Positions 1 to 7,790 of a DNA stretch of 10,949 bases are shown here, one piece after another. The notes beneath the pieces were generated by a model. It was not told the origin of the DNA. It made no database searches and saw only the letters and a list, made by a program, of their open reading frames with translations. The number at the start of each line of letters is the position of its first letter. Position 1 is the stretch's first letter. The translations under genes and the position numbers were made by a program. Source of the stretch: Octopus sinensis (Eukaryota); the NCBI RefSeq assembly GCF_006345805.1, contig NW_021827253.1, forward strand, positions 1 to 10,949, written 5' to 3'.

Positions 1-60
1 ATCAATCAAATGCCAACATTTTATGTTGAAATTCCATTGACTAATATATTTACCTATACA

Positions 61-135
61 AAGGCGGCGAGCAAAATGCATAGCAGCATTTCCTCCTTTT
101 TTTCTTTTTTTTTTCTGAGTTTAAATTCCACCAAG
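61..135 (+). mobile_element. Degenerate, internally deleted 5' fragment of the SINE family seen at 546-757
   Basis: aaggcggcgagc|aaaatgcatagcagcatttc...ttctgagtttaaattccaccaag aligns to aaggtgttgagt...gggc|aaaatgcatgcgagcatttc...ttttgagttcaaattacaccgagg at 546-640. It has a ~20-nt deletion at a 'gc' microhomology and a poly-T expansion. Confidence 0.7.
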
Positions 136-225
136 AACATTTTGAATGTCCTCCGTAAACTCTGTACGACTCGTCAGATTATAAATTTGCACCAGCAAAG
201 TCAACTCCTCTCCAAACTTCAGACC

Positions 226-291
226 TCCTACTCCGCCTCCTTCCCCCTCCTCCTTCTCCTCCTCCTCCTCCTCCCTCTTCTTCTTCTTGTA

Positions 292-350
<59 letters not shown>

Positions 351-388
351 CATTATCATCATCATCATCATCATCATCATTATATTAC

Positions 389-426
<38 letters not shown>

Positions 427-479
427 TCATATTATTATTATCATTATTATTATCATCATCATCATCATCATTATTATTC

Positions 480-532
<53 letters not shown>

Positions 533-545
533 TATTATTATTATT
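226..545. repeat. Compound trinucleotide microsatellite: (CCT/CTT)n 226-288, then (ATT)n with (ATC)n interruptions 292-545
   Basis: Read directly from the sequence. It explains the poly-L/I/Y/H ORF 10..555. Confidence 0.97.
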
Positions 546-757
546 AAGGTGTTGAGTTGGCAGAATCGTTAGCCGGGCAAAATGCATGCGAGCATTTCGT
601 CCGTCTTTATGTTTTGAGTTCAAATTACACCGAGGTTGACTTCGCCTCTCATCCTTTCGGGATCGATAAAATAAGGACCAGTTTTGCATTGGAATCCATG
701 TAATCAACATATATCTTCCCCTAAAGTTGCTGGCCTTGTGCCAAAATTTGAAGCCAG
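546..757 (+). mobile_element. tRNA-headed SINE (abundant octopus-type family)
   Basis: A-box-like TGGCAGAATCG at 558-568 and B-box-like GAGTTCAAATTAC at 616-628. The body (cctttcgggatcgataaaataag...) and 3' end (ggccttgtgccaaaatttgaa) match a cephalopod SINE I recognise. A second partial copy lies at 61-135. Confidence 0.8.
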
Positions 758-1030
758 TATATGTATCTGAACACAATTATACAAACTTTGAAATGTACAT
801 ATACAGGATTGGCCATATTTAATTCACTTATTTAATTCCAAGATTTATTTATGTTTAACAATTAAAGGAATTCAATAAAAGCATCTAAATATGAAACATG
901 AAAATTGTTCAAACTGAAATCCATCTTGACCGACACATTTTTCCATTCGAGTCAATACAGAATTATAGATAGCATTTATGGAATATTGATTTACTGTCGG
1001 GTGACTTTTGGCCATCCTGAATAGCCATAT

Positions 1031-1416
1031 GGAGTGGAAGCACTCCGTCGGTTACGACGACGAGGGTTCCGGTTGATCCGATTAACGGAACAGCCTGCTC
1101 GTGAAATTAACGTGTAAGTGGATGAGCACTCCACAGACACGTGTACCCTTAACGTAGTTCTCGGGGATATTCAGCGTGACACAGAGCGTGACAAGGCCGG
1201 CCCTTTGAAATACAGGTACAACAGAAACAGGAAGTAAGAGTGAGAGAAAGTTGTGGTGAAAGAGTACAGCAGGGATCACCACCATCCCCTGCCGGAGCCT
1301 CGTGAAGCTTTAGGTGTTTTCGCTCAATAAACACTCACAACGCCCGGTCTGGGAATCGAAACCGCGATCCTATGACCGCGAGTCCGCTGCCCTAACCACT
1401 GGGCCATTGCGCCTCC
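1031..1416 (-). mobile_element. Full-length tRNA-derived SINE, copy 1, with 10-bp target-site duplication
   Basis: Minus-strand head GGAGGCGCAATGGCCCAGTGG (A box, plus 1396-1406) and GGTTTCGATTCC (B box, plus 1352-1363). Perfect TSD atagccatat at 1021-1030 and 1417-1426. About 93% identical by eye to 1611-1991. Confidence 0.92.
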
Positions 1417-1473
1417 ATAGCCATATACATACACGCCTGCCGCAATCTCATAGAAATACTCATATATAGACAT

Positions 1474-1600
1474 AGGCATGGCTGTGTGGTTAAGAAGCTC
1501 GCTCTTCTGCCACGTTGTTTTGGTTTCAGTCCTACAGCGCGGAACCTTGTATGTCTTTCTATTTGGTTGACGGAAACTGTGGAAGCCTCTCGTGTATACA
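1474..1600 (+). mobile_element. 5' half of a SINE of the family at 3173-3427 and 3758-4210, internally deleted
   Basis: aggcatggctgtgtggttaagaagctcgct...ccacgttgttttggtttcagtcc...atttggttgacggaaactgtggaagcc matches the head and middle of the other two copies. Confidence 0.75.
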
Positions 1601-1610
1601 TGTAATAGAT

Positions 1611-1991
1611 GGAAGCACTCCGTCGGTTACGACGATGAGGGTTTCGGTTGATCCGAATCAACGGAACAGCCTGCTCGTGAAATTAACGTGTAAGTGGCTG
1701 AGTACTCCACAGACACGTGCACCCTTAACGTAGTTCTCAGGGATATTCAGCGTGACACAGAGAGTGACAAGGCCGGCCCCTTGAAATACAGGTACAACAG
1801 AAACAGGAAGTAAGAGTGAGAGAAAGTTGAGGCGAAAGAGTACAACAAGGGTCGCCCCCCCCCCTTCCGGAGCCTCGTGGAGCTTTAGGTGTTTTCGCTC
1901 AATAAACACACACAACGCCCGGTCTGGGAATCGAAACCGCGATCCTCCGACCGCGAGTCCGCTGCCCTAACTACTGGGCCATTGCGCCTCC
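1611..1991 (-). mobile_element. Full-length tRNA-derived SINE, copy 2
   Basis: Near-identical to 1036-1416. Imperfect TSD atacatgtaataga (1596-1609) / atatatgtaatata (1994-2007), 12 of 14 matching. Confidence 0.92.
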
Positions 1992-2195
1992 ACATATATG
2001 TAATATAAAGAAAGGAATACCATAATCAATCCCTTGCCCTTTCTCTTATTATTGATGTGCACTTTAAATTACGTTTTAATTCTTCTGGAGACCGCATAGT
2101 GCAGTGTGGGGTTACGTAACGGTAGGAGATTAATGTTATTACGAATAAGAACCGAAACCACAACAGAAAAATTGTCGCGCATTGAGCGAACCCAA

Positions 2196-2213
2196 TGTGT
2201 GTGTGTGTGTGTG

Positions 2214-2247
<34 letters not shown>

Positions 2248-2660
2248 GTGCGCGTGTGATTACATATGTATATATGTGTATATCTGTGTATGTGAATACA
2301 TATCTTTGTCTGTGTATATATGTGTATATTTGTGTGTGTGAATACATATCTTTGTATGTGTATATATGTGTTTGTGTGTGTGTGTGTGTGCGCGCGAATA
2401 CACATATATATATGTGTGTGTATATATATATGTGTGTGTGCGTATGTGTGTGTGTGTGCGTGTGATTACATATGTATATATGTGTATATTTGTGTGAATA
2501 CATATCTTAGTATGTATATATATGTGTTTGTGTGTTGTTGTGCGAATACATATATATATATGTGTGTATATATATGTGTGTGTGTGAGTACATATGTATA
2601 TGTGTAAATGCTTTGTGTGCGCGTATGTGCGTGCGTTTATGCGTAAATATGTGTGTGTTT
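2196..2660. repeat. (TG)n/(TA)n-derived complex tandem repeat with higher-order structure
   Basis: Alternating purine-pyrimidine tract with the recurring anchor GA(T/A/G)TACA(T/C)AT at 2258, 2294, 2340, 2396, 2464, 2496, 2544 and 2586. Confidence 0.9.
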
Positions 2661-2662
2661 GT

Positions 2663-2974
2663 GAAGGCGTATGGCTTGTCAGGGCATTCGGCTCACGGTC
2701 GCGAGCTCGGTTCCAGACAGCCTGTTGTGTCCTTGAGCAAGAATCTTTATTTTATGCTGCTCCATTCCACTCAGCTGGAAAAAGCATGAGCCGTACATGT
2801 AGTACAAAGCATCAGCCTTGACACATTCTGCGTCACGCTGAATCTCCCTGAGAACTATGTTAGGTGTACGCGTGTCTGTGGAGTGCTCAGCCACCTGCAT
2901 GTTAATCTCCCGAGTAAGCTGATCCGTTGATCGGATCAACTGGAATCTACGCCAACGTAACCGGCGGAGTGTCA
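2663..2974 (+). mobile_element. Older SINE with a related head, a CORE-like centre and the same 3' ~180 bp as the 1031/1611 SINEs
   Basis: Head gaaggcgtatggc...agggcattcggctcacggtc. Centre ttgtgtccttgagcaag...ccactcagctggaaaaa resembles the CORE domain. 2792-2974 aligns to the reverse complement of 1037-1220 (gtcacgctgaat...gtgtctgtggagtgctca...gatcggatcaac...cgtaaccg.cggagtg). Confidence 0.8.
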
Positions 2975-2977
2975 GTT

Positions 2978-2980
<3 letters not shown>

Positions 2981-3009
<29 letters not shown>

Positions 3010-3125
3010 TGTATGTATGTATGTATGTATGTATGTATTATGTATGTGTGTGTGTATGAATATATATGTATAATTATGTGTGCGTGTGTGTGTATGTGTG
3101 TTTGTGTGTTTGTGCGTGAGTGTGA
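2981..3125. repeat. (ATGT)n microsatellite grading into (TG)n
   Basis: Read directly from the sequence. Confidence 0.95.
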
Positions 3126-3172
3126 TTATCAAACAAAAGTACAAGTTCATCGCACTATATATAGATATATAA

Positions 3173-3427
3173 CTGTGTGGTAAGAAGTTTGCTTTCCAAC
3201 CACATGGTTCTGAGTTCAATTCTACTGCGTGCCACCTCGAGCCGACTAAAGCTTTGTGAGTGGATTTAGTAGAAAGAAGCCCGTCGAATGTATATATGTT
3301 ATATATAGGTGCGTGCGTGTGTGTGGGGGAGGGTGTATGGGCCTGTGGGTATGGGTATGTGTGTGTGTGCGTGTCTGTGTTTTTCCCCCCTTCCACCGGT
3401 GTTGGTGTGTTTATGTCCTCGTAACTT
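3173..3427 (+). mobile_element. Truncated SINE with internal TA/TG microsatellite (same family as 3758-4210)
   Basis: ctgtgtggtaagaagtttgctttccaaccacatggtt...gccgactaaagctttgtgag...aaagaagcccgt and ggtgtgtttatgtcctcgtaac match the reverse complement of segments of 3758-4210. Confidence 0.8.
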
Positions 3428-3701
3428 TTTTAATTAAACGGACAATGAAAAAATGCTATATGTGGCTGAAGATTGCTCGCCATTTTAAAACTGATGTACA
3501 GTTTTTAATAAATAATGTACAGTGTTTAATAAAATGAAGTAGCATGAAACGATTGTACTACACTACCTTGGATATCCTTGTTGCTTATTTTGATTATAAT
3601 CACCCTATTTGATTTATATGGATAATACCATACCAAATTCTGGTGCCTTTAACTTAAGCACCATATTCATCTGAATCTAAATTTTGCTGAACTTATACAG
3701 A

Positions 3702-3747
<46 letters not shown>

Positions 3748-3750
3748 TGT
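3702..3750. repeat. (TA)n microsatellite
   Basis: Read directly from the sequence. Confidence 0.95.
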
Positions 3751-3757
3751 CATATTT

Positions 3758-3983
3758 GTTTATTCTTTTACTTGTTTCACTCACTTGACTGCGGCCATGC
3801 TGGAGCGCCGCCTTTACTCGAGCAAATCGACCACAGGACTTATTCTTTGTAAGCCTAGTACATATTGTATCGGTCTGTTTTACCGAACCACTAGATTACG
3901 AGGGACATAAACGCAGCAGCATTTGTTGTTAAATGATGTTGGCGAGTACAAACACATACACACAAACATATACACACACATAC

Positions 3984-4014
<31 letters not shown>

Positions 4015-4031
4015 TATATATATATAATATA

Positions 4032-4066
<35 letters not shown>

Positions 4067-4210
4067 CGGGCTTCTTTCAGTTTCTTTCACAAGGCTTTGG
4101 TCGGCCCGAAGCTATAGTAGAAGAACTCGCCTAAGGTGCCAAGCAATAGCTCTGAACACGGGACCATGTGGTTGGTAAGCAAGTTACTTACTCACAGCTA
4201 CTTCTGCGCC
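3758..4210 (-). mobile_element. Near full-length bipartite SINE with internal (TA)n
   Basis: Minus strand begins GGCGCAGAAGTAGCTGTGAGTAAG at 4210. It has a CORE-like ggcaccttaggcgagttcttctac segment, an internal (TA)n at ~3985-4066, and ends ...ggcggcgctccagcatggccgcagtcaag...gaaacaagtaaaagaata. Confidence 0.85.
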
Positions 4211-4400
4211 TGGCGATTCTTTTCCTCCGTCTTCCCTTCTCTGGATCTTTCCTTCTCCTATGTTTCCGACGAAGAGCTCCGCTCGAAACGTTAAACCCTC
4301 CTTCTTCCCTTCCTTCTTGAGCGTCCAATAATACTATATTTGTTCCACGTCCTCGCGTTGTTGTGTTTTCTCTTTGTGTTGTCATGTTTGGATTAACTTT
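4211..4400 (+). mobile_element. Penelope-like pLTR / retrozyme-like repeat, copy 1
   Basis: Aligns along its length to the reverse complement of 5615-5775, contains a minimal hammerhead fold, and ends in a TA-rich run. Confidence 0.7.
4262..4296 (+). ncRNA. Minimal type I hammerhead ribozyme-like motif (core variant U4C)
   Basis: GTTT-CCGACGA-A-GAGC-TCC-GCTC-GAAAC-GTT-AAAC. Stem I GTTT/AAAC, stem II GAGC/GCTC, palindromic ACGT stem III, predicted GUU cleavage after 4292. Confidence 0.65.
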
Positions 4401-4424
4401 ATATATATTTATTTATCTATTTTT

Positions 4425-4473
4425 TATTTGTCTAATTTCAGCTCACAAGCTGTGGCCATGCTGGGGCACCGCC
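4425..4473 (-). mobile_element. Short 3'-terminal SINE fragment
   Basis: gctgtggccatgctggggcaccgcc matches actgcggccatgctggagcgccgcc at ~3788-3812. Confidence 0.6.
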
Positions 4474-4477
4474 ATTT

Positions 4478-4479
4478 TA

Positions 4480-4528
<49 letters not shown>

Positions 4529-4722
4529 TATATGTGTGTGTATGTGTGTGTGTGTGTGTGTGTTGTGTGTGTGTTGTATGCTTGCAGGTTTATACAACAA
4601 AAGTATAAGTACATCGCGAGTACACACGCGCGCGCAAAAACACACTCGCACACACATATACATGTATATAAACACATATATATACACATATATATATGTA
4701 TATATGTACCCATACATATATC

Positions 4723-4769
<47 letters not shown>

Positions 4770-4806
4770 TACTTATGCATATAAATATATATACATACAT
4801 ATATAT

Positions 4807-4871
<65 letters not shown>

Positions 4872-4895
4872 ACACATTTATATAATATATGTATA
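4478..4895. repeat. (TA)n, (TG)n and (CA/TA)n low-complexity block
   Basis: Read directly from the sequence. Confidence 0.93.
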
Positions 4896-5146
4896 TAGTG
4901 CAGTGTACTTAAACGTTAGTTGGCTACCGAATGTTGACCTGTGACCCAGAGGTCTTTGATGATTTATATTTATTTTTATATGCTACTTTATTTATTGATT
5001 ATTTAAGTTATGTTGTACTTTGTGATCTAAGAATAGACATTCCAATGTTTGCACTTTTTTCTTTACTTTCCTTTCCTGTAGATAAGGCACTCCTGGCGGT
5101 ATTATATATACTAGCTGACGTGTGTGTTTGTATGTGAGTGTGACTA

Positions 5147-5192
5147 GTTATATATATGTATATATATATATATATATTTACATATATATAGG

Positions 5193-5230
<38 letters not shown>

Positions 5231-5510
5231 ATATTGTATATATATGTATATATATATGTATATATGTATATGTATATATATGATATATATATATATAGTA
5301 TATATATGTATATAATGTATATATATTATTATATGTATGATATGTATATATATGTATATATATATGTATATATATAATATTAGTATATATGTGTATATAT
5401 ATGTATATATATACCACATACATATATAAATACATATGTATATATTATAGACATGTAAGTATATATATATGTGTGTGTGTATGTATATATATATATATAT
5501 ATAAGTTTAT
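5147..5510. repeat. Degenerate (TA)n / (TATATG)n low-complexity block
   Basis: Read directly from the sequence. Confidence 0.93.
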
Positions 5511-5604
5511 ATACGTACTACTTATAAGTCTATGCAGACGCGTAAACACACATATATGTGTGTATATGCACTCACACGTGACTGTGCAAATATATATATA
5601 TATA

Positions 5605-5790
5605 GTAAATAAAAAAAAACACAAAAGAATTCCACAGCGCGAGAACGTGCTACATGTAAAGTAATAACAAACGCTCAGGGAAGGAAAGAAGGTTGGTTTA
5701 ACGTTTCGAGCAACGCTCTACTCCAGAAACATAGAAAAGTCCAGTAGAAAGGAAGGCGGAGGAACAAAATCGCCAACGATTCACACGTGG
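5605..5790 (-). mobile_element. Penelope-like pLTR / retrozyme-like repeat, copy 2 (inverted relative to copy 1)
   Basis: Reverse complement reads tggcgattttgttcctccgccttcc...tatgtttctggagtagagcgttgctcgaaacgttaaacc...tgagcgt...cacgttctcgcg, colinear with 4211-4380. Confidence 0.7.
5696..5730 (-). ncRNA. Degenerate minimal hammerhead-like motif (core A6G, A9U; probably inactive)
   Basis: Minus strand GTTT-CTGGAGT-A-GAGC-GTT-GCTC-GAAAC-GTT-AAAC. All stems are retained; the stem II loop differs from copy 1. Confidence 0.5.
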
Positions 5791-5865
5791 TTATATTTTA
5801 AAATGACCGGAAGGGAATGAGTGAAGATAAAGTTCTTTCTGAGACAGGAGAGTGTGAGAGAAGGA

Positions 5866-6125
5866 GATATGTGTGTTTGTAGGTGTGCATTCTTGTGTGT
5901 ATGTGTGTATGTCTGTGTATGTGTATGTGCGTATGTGTATGTGTGTGTCCGTGGGGTTGTGTGTGTGTGGAGTATATGTGCGTTCATGTGTGTGCGTGTG
6001 TGCGTACATGCGTGTGCGTGTGTGTATGTGTGTGTTTGCGTGTATGTGCGTGTTGTGTGTGTGGTGTATGTGGGAAGTATATGTGAGGTATATCTGCATT
6101 GATGTGTATATACACACACACACAT
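5866..6125. repeat. Degenerate (TG)n microsatellite
   Basis: Read directly from the sequence. Confidence 0.93.
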
Positions 6126-6126
6126 A

Positions 6127-6600
6127 TCTCTATATTATAATTCTGAAATGCGAAAAGTTTGTTTGTTTGTCTGGTTTTGGCATTGAGAACGGGTTAAAGG
6201 CCACTAGATCCCGTCGGATTGACTCCAAAATTTACAGGAACATGTAAAATGAGGTGAGGATGCGAGTGGGCTAGGTTAGAAATCCTCATCTTAAAAGGTG
6301 TCGTTGCTAGGGCCAAAAACGCACTTTGATAAGTCTACTCCCATTCTTTTATGTAGCTGTCTTCCTCCATCACTCACACCCTTTCCTCCCTTCCTTTCAC
6401 ATTCTATCTATAACATCGTTTCACAGCGTCTAATTCCCTTCCCTTCACTTTGTCTTTATAACGTCGTATCACAGCGTCCTATATCTCCCCCTCCCCGCCT
6501 TCGACAGCGCTTTCACACACACACTCTCTCTACGTCTGTCTGCATTCATAGAGAGAATTATCATCGCCACCACAACCACACAATCATGAGAACAAATATT
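6127..6600 (+). mobile_element. Possible 5' portion of a non-autonomous Helitron-like element
   Basis: A|TC start (a6126, tc 6127-6128), then tctatattataa...gtttgtttgtttgtc...cggattgactccaaaattt. This is the same architecture as 6659 (tctctatatataaa...gtttgtctgtctg...ccgattctgatgaaactt). No own 3' end is found before 6659. Confidence 0.4.
6388..6483. repeat. Tandem duplication of a 48-bp unit
   Basis: tataacatcgtttcacagcgtc (6409-6430) and tataacgtcgtatcacagcgtc (6457-6478), with matching cccttcc(t/c)ttcac leaders at 6388 and 6436. Confidence 0.85.
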
Positions 6601-6658
6601 ATGAATCAGATATTTATTGGGTTAATTTATATATGTGTATGTGTGTTCTATATATAAA

Positions 6659-7463
6659 TCTCTCTATATATAAACAGTAGTTTGTCTGTCTGTGTGTCTG
6701 TGTGTCTGTCAGGTTGTACCCTCACCCTGACCACGGCTTTCAACCGATTCTGATGAAACTTGACACACACATAGCCCAATGTCATAATTCAAAACTAACG
6801 CAGCGAAAATTTTGAAATGTTCCCCCAGTTCTGAAAAAAAATCGATAAATTCGACATGGGTCGAGAATCTAAGCTTTTTATATGCAACACATTTTCTACA
6901 GACTGTCTAGGGGACGCAACTCGACGTTTTTAACTCTCGGAACACGTGGGGTAAGTATCCCAAAATGTATAAAAATGTACAAAAACGGCAAAAAAGCAGG
7001 CAGCAATGTGAGTGACAACAACAAAAAAGTCAAAAGTGACCAAACTGAACAAACGAATGGAAAAGGTTTTTTTGGTGCACACGACAAAAGCGGTTTATAA
7101 TAAGCCAAGAGTTTGCAAGTAGCGTCCGGGGACCCTTAGGGTACGTCAAAAATTTAAGGTAAAACGTTTGGGGTGGTAGTTATAAAGAAAGTGTAAACAA
7201 AAAAAGTATTCGAATAACTTGTGGCTGCAGCAGCTATTAGCAGAAGTGGCGATGTTGGAGGTAAAGTCTCGAATGTAATTTCTTCCTGGTAGGAATTGGT
7301 TGGGTTGAATTATCGATAGCTGTTTGATAGTTATTTGGGAGTGAAGAGAAGACATTGCAACCTACACATGCGCCTTCGTTCCCTAGAGGGAAAGGACTAG
7401 GTTGGGATTAGTCGTTGCCTACTAGGGGCTCTTACATACCCGGGCAACGCCGGGCTATGCATG
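6659..7463 (+). mobile_element. Non-autonomous Helitron-like element (~800 bp)
   Basis: 5' A|TC followed by TCTATATATAAA and a (GTCT)-type microsatellite. 3' GC-rich hairpin cccgg-gcaacg-ccggg at 7439-7454, then a degenerate terminus (catg|t at 7460-7464 in place of CTAG|T). No TSD, as expected for Helitrons. Confidence 0.7.
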
Positions 7464-7753
7464 TATGTATATATAATGTATATATACAAAGTGTATATAT
7501 CTGTATTTACGTATATTAAACTTTTTAATACTTTTTGATAGTTATATATATTTTTTAAAAAATTATAAATATAAATTAATAATTTTAATTTAAAATTTAA
7601 ATGATTTAAATTTTATATATTTTGTATGTTATATTTCTATTTTTATGTTTTGGTTTATGTTTTTCACTGTTTGATTTGCCTAATAGTGGTTTTATCTCTA
7701 ATTTAATTTATATGTATATTTGTATATATTTGTATACATAATGCGTACACACG

Positions 7754-7787
<34 letters not shown>

Positions 7788-7790
7788 ATG
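7464..7790. repeat. Extremely AT-rich low-complexity tract ending in (CA)n(TA)n
   Basis: Read directly from the sequence. Confidence 0.85.

Noticed and set aside
10-555. 181-aa ORF with poly-L/I/Y/H
   Set aside because: It is read-through of (CTT/CCT)n and (ATT/ATC)n plus a SINE fragment, with no domain-like sequence.
1340-1416. tRNA gene on the minus strand (also 1915-1991)
   Set aside because: A and B boxes are present, but I could not build a proper acceptor stem, and the sequence continues into a SINE body. It is a tRNA-derived head.
1082-1915. Paired similar ORFs (67/61/85 aa) resembling a duplicated gene
   Set aside because: They are chance frames in two copies of the same SINE. Frames are not conserved between the copies, and the elements have Pol III boxes and TSDs.
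2096-4906. Shared 12-mer atagtgcagtgt at ~2096 and ~4895
   Set aside because: Similarity does not extend on either side, so it is compatible with chance.
2069-6125. Numerous CV/HT/YI-repeat ORFs
   Set aside because: They are translations of (TG)n, (CA)n and (TA)n, which lack stops in some frames.
6882-7100. 72-aa non-repetitive ORF inside the Helitron-like element
   Set aside because: It is short, has no Rep/helicase or other recognisable motif, and its K/N richness reflects A-rich DNA.
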